Positions 27,380 to 39,800 of a stretch of DNA of 64,000 nt are shown in pieces. The DNA is taken from positions 5,828,001 through 5,892,000 of the forward strand of contig OZ234494.1 of the NCBI GenBank assembly GCA_965153455.1, in the 5' to 3' direction. Numbering within the stretch: position 1 is the first letter of the stretch; every line of letters begins with the position of its first letter. The DNA comes from Sphagnum compactum (Eukaryota). The translations under genes were made by a program, and so were the position numbers. The notes beneath the pieces are model-generated. The model ran no database searches and was not told where the DNA came from. It was given only the letters and a program-made list of their open reading frames with translations.

Positions 27380-27880
27380 CTGCTGATGATGGTGACGATG
27401 ATGGTGATGATGCTGCTGCTGCTCCTCCTCCTCCTCCTCCTGATGATAATGGTGATGATGATGCCGCTTCCTCCTGCTGCTGCTCCTGATGGTAATGGTG
27501 ATGCTTCTTCTGCTGCTCTCTATGATAATGGAGATGATGATGCTGCTCCTCCTCCTCCTGATGATAATGGGTGTTGCTTCTGCTGCTGCTCCTCTTGATA
27601 CGCTAATGGTGATGATGATGCCGCTCCTCCTCCTGATGGTGATGGTTGATGGTGATGATGATGCGAAACCCTAAACCCTCCTTCTCCTCCTGCTGGCTGG
27701 TGGTGATAATGCTGCTAAACCTTAAACCCTAATCCTCCCTCCTCCTGATCCTGTTGCTGCATTTGATGGTGATGATGCTGTTGCATTTGATGCTGAAGAT
27801 TATTGTGATGATAGTGATGGTGATGATGCTGTTGCATTTGATGCTGAAGATTATTGTGATGATAGTGATGGTGATGATTT
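27380..27880. repeat. Compound GAT/GCT/CCT trinucleotide array with a duplicated ~57-bp unit and telomere-like AAACCCT motifs
   Basis: Direct reading; GATGATGCTGTTGCATTTGATGCTGAAGATTATTGTGATGATAGTGATGGT repeated; AAACCCTAAACCCT at ~27667 and AAACCCTTAAACCCTAA at ~27717. Confidence 0.8.
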
Positions 27881-27889
27881 TATGTGTAT

Positions 27890-28094
27890 GGTAATGCCCA
27901 AGGAGTGGGGTGTTTCTGGAATAAGCGCTGTCCCAAGGTGGAGTTGAGGAGCGCTTATGTCGAGAACACCTTGCGGGGCTCACCCAAGGTGGAGTTGAGG
28001 AGTGCTTATGTTGAGAACACCTTGCGGGGCTCGCCCAAGGTGGAGTTGAGGAGCTCTATGTCAAGAACACCTTGCTGGGTCCAAGGGCATTACC
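27890..28094. mobile_element. Small foldback/MITE-like element with 51-bp tandem repeats (3 copies)
   Basis: Terminal inverted GGTAATGCCC...GGGCATTACC; CCCAAGGTGGAGTTGAGGAG units at 27932, 27983, 28034. Confidence 0.55.
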
Positions 28095-28734
28095 CTGCAT
28101 ACAGTAGCACTGGTACCAAAAATTTCTTTTTTCATTTTTGCCTGTGATAATATACCCAGTGGATATCAGGGGGGAAAGAACGAAGAAGAGTGGCTAGGCA
28201 TTTGGCGAGGCATTTCAAAAAACAGAACACCCACTCCATTGCAAAGGACAGGTTCCATTTCATAAACTTGCCCTCCAGATACACTAGAAGAGTTATGCAG
28301 GTACTTGATGTACTTATGGACACATACATACATGCTGGGAACAGGCCATTGTGAGCTTGGTGAGTGCCCTGGTAAAATGCCATTGTGCCTGATGATGATG
28401 AGGTGCATTATAAGGGATTTGGACGAAGTCTAGTAGGGCAAGTCAAAATTTCTGAAAGGGTAGCCACATGGACATCTAGCACGGCCCATAGAATAATGGT
28501 TTTCATGACTTTGTACAAACCTGGATTTTTGAACAATGGTTAGGTCAAGTAGATCCAAGAAGACCCATCCACTGTGGCTTGTAAGGGGACTCAGAAAAGG
28601 CTCGAAACAAGCCAAATGGAAACCATTATGTAACTCGTGAACAACATACAGATTGAACAAGCAAGAATGCTCATGGACTGAACTTGGCAGCAACTGCTAG
28701 TGCTGCGGCACATGTGCATGTGAGTTTTTGTTTG

Positions 28735-29054
28735 TTTGGCCTTGCCTACCAAGAGAAAGATATATAGTGTTCAGATTCATTATAGAGTATAGTAGCTTAA
28801 GAAATTTTGGTCCCTAGGTAGGAGGTCTATTTTGATATGAGGATTTTTGAAAGCTGATATTTTGGCTTGTGTTGAAACTTGAGATTAGTTTATAGAGTTA
28901 TGATATCTTGAAGGATTTTTGGTTTCGTTTTAGAGGATTTTTTTTTGAAAGATTACATTTTTGCATGGTGAAATATTTGAATTTTCATCATTCGTCTTTT
29001 GCCTTAAGATACTTTTTAATGTAAATGGCAAGGCCACAGTGTGACACACCCCTT
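28735..29054 (+). mobile_element. Non-autonomous Helentron-like (HINE/DINE-1-like) element, copy A
   Basis: subTIR TGGCCTTGCC 28737-28746 / GGCAAGGCCA 29027-29036, then stem-loop GTGTGACACAC and CCCTT end; homologous to copies B-D. Confidence 0.7.
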
Positions 29055-29881
29055 GTTGTGTTTTGTTTGTTATTCTTCATATCACAAACCGTGTGTGTCG
29101 GTGTGTGTGTGTGTGAGAGAGAGAGAGATGTGTTCATGAGAGAAAAAAATGATAATGAAAATGTTTGTCAGCTGGCTTTCTTTGCACATGTGTGTGATTA
29201 GGTGCATGTTTTGTTTCTTTTCACCCATGAGACTATTTTTGTCTCCTTTTTCAAAGTATTTTTTTTAACCTCGAGGCTTGAATATACATACATTACATTC
29301 ATATATGTCTACATGGGAGGATCTCTTATTGCTTCACTTTTTGTTAATTGTTTTGGTAGTCTGAAGGTGTGACATGCTCCATATGTTATGTATTAAAGAA
29401 AACCCTAATCTAGTTAGGGTTAGGTGTTTCAATTAGCCTTCCAAAAACCCATATCCGTATATATATGATCCTATTATAAAGGACAAACATGTGTTGAGTT
29501 TATGTAGTGATACAAGATTTGTCACTCCTAAATTCATGATTTTTGCATCACTAAGGTCATGGTCGATATTGTGGACTCTAGGATTATATGACGGCCTTTA
29601 GTTGTGTCCTTAAACCCTAAACCCCAACTAAAGGGCGTCATGGGTAGACCATAGTGCATCCATTACACCATCGTTCAATAGCCAGGTTTGTCAAGTCTCT
29701 CATGAATAATTATTTAAATTTGAAATTTCCATTTCAACAACTAAAATATTCCAAATATTTCAAAAAATATGTATTATTTTGCTTCACCAAAATAAAAATC
29801 TTTTGAGAAAAAAAATTTGATTTAAAAAATAATAATCCCTAAAAAACATTACTTTTGATTGGAAATTTTACAATTAATAAT

Positions 29882-30233
29882 AAGGGGTGTGTCACACTAC
29901 GGTGGCCTTGCCATATTTACATTGAAAAACTATATCTTAAGGCAAAAAGAAAAATTGATGGAAATTCAAATATATTTCACCATGCAAAAAACATAAATCT
30001 TTCAAAAAAATTCCTCTAAAACAAACCAAAAATCCTTCAAGAGATATCATAACCCCATACCTAATCTCAAGTTTCAACACAAGCCAAAACATCATCTTTC
30101 AAAAAACCCTCATATAAAAACAGACCTACTTACTAGGGTTTAGGGTTTAGGGGCCAAAAGCCCTGAAGCTACTACTAGACTCTATAATGAATCTAAACAC
30201 AATATCCTGGCCTTGGTAGTAGGCAAAGGCCAA
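29882..30233 (-). mobile_element. Non-autonomous Helentron-like element, copy B (inverted relative to copy A)
   Basis: Reverse complement aligns with copy A/D over the full length; includes the internal IR CCAAGGCCA and an inserted (TTTAGGG) tract. Confidence 0.7.
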
Positions 30234-30641
30234 TAAACTGTTGTATTGGAATGCTCAATCACATGAATGATTGACTTTGTTTTTGTTTTGTTTTGTTTTC
30301 TTCATCAAGGGAGAATCAATCTGTGCTTGTCTGCTCCCAGCTTTCTAAGATTTTCTCTTTCCCATGGAAGATTTTAGCACAACAAAAAAGCTGAAGCTTC
30401 AAAATTTGCACTTGGTGGGTCATCATAAGTACTACTGGAAGCACCCACAATCCAATGCAAAGTTCAAAAATGGGTTTCAGCTACTTACCAGAAAAAACAA
30501 ACACACAACTTCTGACATTCTAATACCCTATTCTCTATTATTGGATTGTTTTCCAGACTCTTCCTTCTTCTAAGTTCTCACACTCCTCTCTGCTAGCCTA
30601 CAATGTATTAACAATCTGTGCATTGACCAACAAGATCCACA

Positions 30642-30645
<4 letters not shown>

Positions 30646-30681
<36 letters not shown>
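30646..30681. repeat. (AC)n microsatellite
   Basis: Direct reading. Confidence 0.9.
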
Positions 30682-30683
<2 letters not shown>

Positions 30684-32202
30684 CTTATATATAACTTAGA
30701 TCACCAAATTATCATTGGAGTTTGGAATGTTGGGAAGTTTATTTTTTGGGTTTTTGTAGCTACTTTGATAACAACTTTCTCTGTTCTTCTGGGTTTTGGC
30801 AAAGTTTTGAAATCAAAGAACCCCCAGTTCTTTGTGTATTCTAAGAAAAACATTATAACCAATCGGTCTTTGGATTTCAAGACATTTTCAAAGAACCTGT
30901 GGGGGGTTTTTCCTGAAATAACCAGCAAGGCAAAGAACCCGGGTGGTTCAAGGTAGTAGGTTCTTTGACAGGTTCTTCTTTGGGGCTTTTTTAGAACCGT
31001 GGTTCTGGGTCCAAAATCCAGTTCATTGCTTTTTTGAGAACCATCGGTCATGGGTTTATATACCCTAAACCCTTTAGGTTCCAGTTCCTTACACCCTGTT
31101 AAGTACCCACTGAGGAGGACTCCAAATTTCCTCCTCCCAACCATCCCCACATTTGATATGTTTATCATCAAATGCGAAGACATGAGACATGCATGCTACA
31201 AGTGTAAAAATCATCTATGGCGTGTGCTAATTTGTTTGCTCTATTGAAAAGTAGAGCTCCTTTGGGTGTCTAAAAGTAATGACCTAACTTGTAAGAGCAT
31301 AAAATAAATGAACTTCAAGGGAGAATGTAATATGTATGTGTGTACTTACACACAATGTAGACATTTTATTTTTCAAACAAGTTTTCTATTTTCAATCTCA
31401 TTGTTACCAAATACTCACTGTGTCATTCACTTATGAGTATAATTTGAACCCTATTTTATTCTTTAATAATTTCAAATTACTGATGTGGAAATTGAAGTAG
31501 CTTTCAACTTTATTTACACAATGCATTATAATGTATTAGTGATTTTTTTGGCGTTTCTTCAATTATCAACATGGTACATGAGTTGTTACCAAAACTTTTC
31601 CCTCCCTCATGTTTCCAAAGGGAAGATGATGAAAGTCTGGAGACGAACAACCGCTGACACTCATTGTGTGAACTACTACCCGTTTGGGACCAATCCTACT
31701 GAGCAATGAAGAAGGTCCTTTCTTCCTGGACAAAATTAGACAGAAACAACCATCCATCCATCCAGTTCCTGTAAAGCCGTAACTAGTTGGGCTTTAAAGT
31801 ACTCAGATTGGAATGTGATGAACACTTCTCTCTCTCTCTCTCTCCAACAAAAAGCTGCTCTCTCTCTCTCTCTCTTCGGTATTCAGAACAAGCTACTCAT
31901 AATAATCGTGTAATTGCAGCTCTTGCCCCCACCCCCCTTATAATGATGGCAAGTTCAAACTCCAAACAAACCCAAAGAGTTTAAAATTTTGGAAAAAAAT
32001 GTTTCATGAAGTTCCCAACAGAATTTTTTCAACTCAAAGTGAAACACTAACACACGGAGCTCGTGAACATTATTAACTCCCAAGTTCAAAGTTCAAATCA
32101 AACCAGCAACAAACAAACAAACAGGCAAAAAGAGGCGTATCTTAAGGGAAAAGAAGAGTCGTGGAAACTCAAATATTTCCCCATGCGAAAACATACCATA
32201 GT

Positions 32203-32410
32203 TACCTTGGCCATTTCAACACAATGTCCATTGAGAATAATTAATTAATTAATTTTGAAAATTTTATTTCAACAAAATGGAATAATATTCCTAAATATTT
32301 ACTAGTTTCCTACACAATATTTTTTTTTTTGGTTTGGAAGAAAGAAATAATTTTCGAGAATTTCAACATTTCTAAAATGCAATGTAATTAGTGTCAAATT
32401 GGCCAAGGTA
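32203..32410. mobile_element. MITE-like element (~210 bp) with ~20-bp TIRs
   Basis: TACCTTGGCCATTTCAACAC ... GTGTCAAATTGGCCAAGGTA; AT-rich interior; related degraded copies at ~29680-29880, ~43805-44015, ~48172-48360. Confidence 0.65.
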
Positions 32411-32743
32411 CTAAGGATGATGGCATGGGATGGATGGGGGGACCGGATGGGGTGTGGAGAGAAGGTCTACTATGTATGTTTGGATGGATATGCAATTCTT
32501 TTAGGAAATTTTCAATATGGTTTTTTGGGCCTCTTGAATGGATTTGTCAGATACTCAGTTGCCGAGAGTACTCTCGTAGTTAAATAAATAAATAAATAAA
32601 TATTCACTCATGGACAACTCGGATGAGAACAGTGTACAATTTACATTATTATTATTAATTATTTTTAGAGTACATTTGCTGAAAAGGAAAGCTGCTTTTG
32701 CTGTCCATAAAGAAACTTCTATCCATGTACATACAAAACAAAC

Positions 32744-32977
32744 AAGGGATGTGTCACACTTGCCATTTACATTAAAAAATTGTATCTTAAGGCCAAAAAA
32801 AGAAGAATTATGAAAACTCAAATTATATAATTTCACCATGCAAAAAATATATAATCTTCAAAAAAAAAATCCACTTAAAAAAAAACCAAAATCCTTCAAG
32901 ATATTATTATAACTCTATAAATTAATCTCTAGTTTCAACACAAGCCAAAATATCATCTTTCACAAACCCTCATAAAA
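32744..32977 (-). mobile_element. Non-autonomous Helentron-like element, copy C (5'-truncated)
   Basis: AAGGGATGTGTCACACTTGCCATTTACATT...GTTTCAACACAAGCCAAAATATCATCTTTC matches the reverse complement of copies A/D. Confidence 0.7.
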
Positions 32978-35900
32978 GGGAGAGGAGCTCTTCCCCCTCC
33001 CTATGAACAAGACAATTTAGTGCCAAATCCAAAGCACCAATACGAATCAAACTGAATTTGCTCAGATGCAATAATAGTCCTGTGCATAACAATAGTTCTC
33101 AGCACCTTTCATGAAGTCTGGAAACAAGCAGGCTTTTTCTCTGTCACACCCGAGTGTGTAGTATATATATATATGCACACGGATTGGGCTTCTTTCTTGG
33201 CTAACACTGAGGACTTGTAAGTACTCACTTGCCCATCGAGGAAGAATTTTACCAGCCTGTGTGCTTTTTTTTTGGGGGGTCAATTTTGTGACGAAGTCAA
33301 AGTGGTGATGATCCGAAGGAGGAAGATTTTAAGTCAGATTTGGGCTACAAGCTAAATAAGAAAGTAAATTTATTTTTTGATAAAATTTCTATTTTTTTGG
33401 CTACATACTTGAACCGTCATGAATAGAAATGTGGTGTGCTTTTCACTAAAATGCTGGTTGAATCATGGCTATTGGAATGTTTTTGTTGATGGGATATAAT
33501 CCTGGGTTGGGTGATCTCAAATTGTTTTTGGTGATTTGAAAATTTAAAACACACATGTTTTGTTGTTGTAGTTTTTTTTTTTTGTGTTATGCAAGTTCTT
33601 TTTTTGCACAATTTTTTGTTGTGTTTTGCTTTTTGTTTTCTAAGCTTGGATTTTTTTTTTATTATAGATGAGTCGTATTGGTTTGGATATGGTGTACCAT
33701 TCAAGACATTTCTATGTTGTGTTATATATGTAGCGACAATGATGTTTGTAGGCACTAATATAGGAACACACAACGAGGTTTCGAATGGATGGCACATTGG
33801 TTCGTGTTACATCACATAATCCCAATCCATAAATACATTAATATTTTATTACAAGGTTGAGAAGGGTCTAATAAAAATAGTTTGTTTTTCTTTTATTATG
33901 GTTTATTGGCCAATTTTCTTCTATTTAGTTGAATTGGCTTTGAGAAATGAGCTTACAACTTCACACTTGACACAAAACATCTTCTCAAAATTTAGGAGTC
34001 CATGTCCTTAATTGTTAAGTATTTGCTATTAAAATGGATTTACAATGATGTATTATTTTTAATCTTGAATTTGAGTTAGATCAATAAGATATCCTTAAAA
34101 ACATCCCTAGCATCTTTGTTGTTTCATGCCCAATTTTTCGTTATCTTTAAAGTTAGCCACACTAGGATGAAACCCCATAATTACGAATGAACACCAAAAG
34201 CTCATCTTGAAGTTTTTATCAAATCAAGAGCTTAACAAGCCTACCTATAAATTCTCATGGAAAATTTCATTCATCACCAAAAACATGAATTGTTTACAAC
34301 CATTGTCAACATGAAACAACTTTCAAATCCAAGATGGAACTTATGGTTGTGAATCCAATTGGAGATATTAGTGAATTGGAAAGTTCCCAAGATAACTTCC
34401 CCTTCCTTCAATGTGACAAAGAGTTTTCCTTTCAAGAGCAACCACATTTCCTTCACACTCTTTGACTCGATGGGTTTCAAAATTTGATTATTCATAATTT
34501 CCTTCATCTTTAAGTGCAAAATCACCATCCAAAACAATGATCTTGATCCTTGCATTAGCTTCTAACCACTTAGACGCAACTAGGCTTAAATTGACATGCC
34601 ACAACAGGATATGAATTGTTGATCCATCCTCTCCTTCAATTTTTGACCCTACAATTAAGGTTCGGGACAACCTATTTTTTAAGTTGAGTTGCAAAATTAT
34701 TTCATCAAGGGACCTTGAATCCTCCTTGGTAACAAAACATGCACACGACACATATCAACAAACATCTTAAACATTATTTCATCCTTAACAACTAGTGCAT
34801 GGAGAAACCAATATGCTAGTTGCCCAATCTTTTAAAATTGAAGTAGACACAACATTCTAACATTAAGATGTGTACAACATAAAAATCAAAAAGTTGGATG
34901 ATGCATACTCTTTACACTATGTTAATCCTTGTTGAGACTTCACCATGCATAACATCTTCACAAGAAATGTGCTCTTGTGCAAACATTTATGAGAGCAAGC
35001 TCTTTGAAACTTTCACAAGAGATGGAATCTCATTAAGAAAAAAATGATTTTAAATTGAATCCTAAACCCAAGGCATCTAGTGCATGCATAGGGGTATCGC
35101 TTGTTCCAAGGATAGCCTTACTAAATCATTGTAAGAAAACATACTAATCAACAAGAATGACGAGAAAAAAAATTCATGTGAAATCACAAAATAGAGAAAA
35201 TTTTGAATCCAAGGAATAATATTTCTTATAGAGTTTCAACTCTGGTTGGGAAATTTGTGAAACATGCAAAGTGAAACTCCTCTTTTATTTGCATTAAAAC
35301 ATTGTTATTTATCACTTATGATAAACTTGCATCATGATTCTTCAAATAATGAAAATCATGGTATGACAAAATTACATGAGAAGATTGGTAATGAATAAAA
35401 AATGAAATAGATAATTAAACCATAGTCAAAGAAATTATGTTCATAAGAATCTCAAAGCATGAGACTAACCACATTGGATGACAACAATTCAAAGTTTGGT
35501 AATGGCTTTTGGTTATTATCCACCTTCATCGCTTCCATAATAAACACCATGTAAAAGGAAGAATATTAACAACAAACTCTAGGTTCAAAATGTAAAGGTC
35601 ATTTCTTTCACATGAATAAATTAGGAAATAATTTGAACAAAGGGGTCCATTCACAATTGGGGTACCAAAAAAAGGAAAAAGGACTCCAAAATTTTGTTAG
35701 GGCTACTTTCTACAACTACCATTTATATGAAACAAATTTAAGTAAAAACAATTAAATAGTCCACAATACGATAATTCATGCGGTTGTGGTGATTTTTCAC
35801 ATGTGTAGATAATTGTGCATGAATATTTTGCTTTACAATTTTAAACACAACAAATGTCAAAATGAGTTTTTTAATCAACTAAACATGTTTTTCTGCATGA

Positions 35901-38900
35901 TTGTTTCCTGCACACGTGACTTGCATCTAGAATTAAATTTTTTGAACCTAATGAATTAAAAAAATAGCCAAATGATTTAATAAAGGCATCATTTCCCTTG
36001 TAGCCCTTTGTCTCAAAATTTCAAAATTTTGAATTTTTCATATGATTTATTTTTTCATCAAATTAACCTAATGAACATGTAGTTGCATAAAAGGAAGCAT
36101 GATTTTCTTGTACAAATAATATGAAATCAATTGCATCATTTTATAAAAATATATAATATGAAAATTTGATTGTAAATCAACCACGGACTCAAAAAGATTT
36201 TATACAACATCCAATTTATTATTGAATTTTAAAAGTTATTTTCTCAATATTCTAATAGTAGGAACACAATAATACACCATAGTTGCAACATATCAAACAC
36301 TATGAAAATTTAAAAGATTGTCCTTTGTAATCCTTTTTCGATTAGTCACTCCTTTTTAAAACCCTAGTTGTGGATGAGCCCAAAGATGTATGTTTTGGCT
36401 TCACAAATATTGATATGAGAAGAAACGCTACAACACAAGAAACAATATATTCCTTCACCTCTCTCTCTCATCTCATACTCTAATTAACCACCTCCTATTT
36501 CTACCAAGTTGTACTCACCTTGCTTTCATTTTATGCCTCTCACCTTTCTATATGTCTCTTTCTTTACACATGGATGATGGATTTTTTGTTCTTACACCTT
36601 CACATGAACATTCACCACAAAAACAACAGAACACACAAAAAACCTTCACACATGAATCCTCTCACATCATTCACATCAAAGATATATGTGATAGACACCA
36701 AATTTATTTGACCTTTAAGTTTTGGTGCAAAATCAAGTTTGGTGCCCCATTGGTTTTCGTTTTTGCAATTTTTGTTTCAAATTATGAATTTTGATAGGTT
36801 ATTGTGAACCAAACTACGGTTTTCAACATTGAGTTTTTGTGACTTTAGAAATAACTTTACTAATGTCCTTGAAACATTTGCAAATAATTTTTTGAATTGA
36901 AAATTGTGTGAAATTACAACATACAAATTTCAACGACTCTAGATATATGAATGTTTCACAATATGAACCTTGGATCAAAGGTCACTATGTTAGGTGAACA
37001 CAGGCCCATGTTTGCTTGACCTCAAAATCTCAATGTCAAATGTTGTGACATAAATTTCCAATGCATTGGAACTTTGAAAGACCATGACTTGAATTCAATA
37101 ATGAACTTTGATTCAATGAAAGGCATTATATATTTTCAATATTCTTGGTTTTAGATACTAATTTGAAATGAAAACTTGAACACTTCCAAATTAGAGGTTT
37201 TGGAATAAAAAATGATATAATGTCTATTATTAAAAAAAAATTATTCAAATTTGTCAAGTAAGTGGACTAGCAACCATCTACAACATTGCTGAACCAAATT
37301 TAGATAGATCTCAAGCAAAAAATAGGGTTTAGTTTTTCAGATCTTGCTTTGTTTTGGCGACCTCCATGACCTCAAGATCTAAATGTGGTGACCTTTGGAT
37401 TTTTTCGCTCATCATGTGGCAACTTGGGCCCATATTTTTCTTAAAAAACCTTGAGTACCATAACGTTTTTTTTTTTTTTTTGCCAAGTTATGAAAATTTG
37501 CCAAAAACAAACACTATTGCTATTATGTAATCATCAATTACGAGACATGGAAATTGGCATGGTTTTTTGTCCACATGTATCCAATGATATACTAAGAATA
37601 TGAATGGTAAATATTGTAATCAATTACAATTAAAGTACAAAGTTACATACCTTTTTAGTCATTCCTTTTTTCATGGGATAGTAAAATTCAAATATAAAGC
37701 AAGAGAAGCTCCTCCTTCTTGTCCTTGTCAAAAGTTAATATGAAATAACTATACATTAAATTTAAACAAGGGGAGGACCAAAATATTACGCCTAAAACTT
37801 GGGGTTTATTTGTGGTCATTGCTTTCATTTTCAAACATTACTTAATGATTCCACTCAAATTGATTTTCAAGCAAATAGGGCCTTAAAATATGTTATTTGA
37901 AAGCTTATCAATATGTTCAATCATGAGATTCAAAATCAATTGGCAATTGGTCAAACACTAGACTATGCAAAATGCAAAATGCACTAACACATGCAAAATT
38001 TGGGTGTAATATAATACGTTAAGAAGATGAATAATCTTGTGTTGAATCGTGAAAGTTTTGTGTGTTGGATAGTTAGTGGGTTATTGCCAAATGTGCAATT
38101 AAATTATGAAGAAGCAATGTTTTGAATTTAATACCAATTGAAAAGGTCACTATGATCCAAAGCTGTTGAAAAGGATGATGTGAAATCCTTTTATTCTTTT
38201 GTGCTCAATCAAAAGATGAAAATTGCTCTATGTAGGACAATTAAGTTATTATTATTTATTTATTCCAAATTTTATTAACAAAAATGTTGAGAGAATGAAA
38301 AACACATGAACAACCTAATTTTCAAATGTAAATGAATTTTACATTCACTCTTACTATAGTCACATCGAGATATTTTCATATTGAGCTTAATTTCTTAGAA
38401 CCGTAGAAGATGGGAAATTCAAATTTACAAGATGAAATCCTTTTTTGACACACGAGTTTTCATAGATCTTGTGAAAGTTTGTAATTTGGTGGCAAAAATT
38501 TAAGTTGAATAACTCAATATTGGACATAACATTAGGAACGCTTAAACCTATTGATTAAAAATAGAATTATATACTTACAAAGAATGCAAATGATTCTAAA
38601 AATCTACTTATAAGATTGAATTTTTTTTCCTATCCGTAAAATTGTTTTACATTGAATGCTTTTGGTTGAGTAATCAAAGACGAAACAGTTTTTGAATATT
38701 GTGCATTAATTTTTAAATTCTAATTTATTTCAACAAGTTTTTCTTTATTTAGTTTTTTTCAAATGCAAGTAGTTATGAAATCTACTTGTTTGTAGAATGA
38801 ACTTTTGTAAAGTACATGTCAAGTGTGTTCAAATAAATCAAAATTTAGATTACAATTTTTTTTCCTTTTTTCCTTGTGCCATTTAAATAAAAACTAAAAT

Positions 38901-39464
38901 GTAATTTATAACAAAGCTTGCCTTCCAAAAAATTTATGGCAAGGAATCTATCTTGGAGGATGCATTTAATTTTGCACCCTAATGTTAAGTTGTGAAGCAT
39001 AGCTTCAAAAGCTCATACTATGGTGCATCATCATACAAAACTTAACATCTTTTAGATTGACCATAGATATGTTATGTCTATCAACAGGGCTTCATGCTTT
39101 CCATAGGAACTCATATCGAGATGCTTCAAAAGAGAAAGGATGGGTATAATTTATGAAACCCAAGTGCAAGAATGATGAATTGAAATTGATGATGATGATG
39201 ATGGCAAAATGTCATGTCACAAGGCATAAATCTACTCTCAACAAATGTTTTACTATTCCATGAGGATGAGATCAAAGGCCATTTTAGCTTTCATCTCTAA
39301 TCCACTTTTGCAATGTAGTAATATACTTTTGTAAAATTTTGCACAACGAGCACATAAAACAATAAACTACATTCTCAAACTACCCAGCATTACACAATGT
39401 CACTTAAGTTTTTCATTCATGAAACCGAATTTCCGTGAAAAAAACTCATAACTCAGGCTTTTTG

Positions 39465-39800
39465 TTGGCCTTGCCTACTTACTACCAAGGCAAGAAGGAT
39501 ATTGTGTTTAGATTCATTATAGAGTATAGTAGCTTAAGGGATTTTGGCCCCTAGGTAATAATGGGTCTATTTTTTATATGAGGATTTTTGAAAGATGATA
39601 TTTTGGCTTGTGTTGAAACTTGAGATTAGTTATAATAGAGTTATAATAATATCTTGAAGGATTTTGGTTTCTTTTAGAGCATTTTTTTATGATTATAATT
39701 CTTGCATGGTGAAATATTTGAGTTTTCATAGTTCTTCTTTTGCCTTAAGATACCTTTCAATGTAAAATGGCAAGGCCACAGTGTGACACACACACCCCTT
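39465..39800 (+). mobile_element. Non-autonomous Helentron-like element, copy D (best preserved)
   Basis: TGGCCTTGCC 39466-39475, internal IR CCAAGGCAAG 39485-39494, GGCAAGGCCA 39769-39778, GTGTGACACAC stem-loop, CCCCTT end. Confidence 0.72.

Noticed and set aside
27932-28085. CRISPR-like array
   Set aside because: Units are contiguous tandem repeats without unique spacers; eukaryotic context; no cas genes
34274-34751. KDZ (Kyakuja-Dileera-Zisupton) transposase call from LDGDF and KFHL motifs
   Set aside because: The intervening CxRH and YD motifs are not found in the expected order; support is too weak
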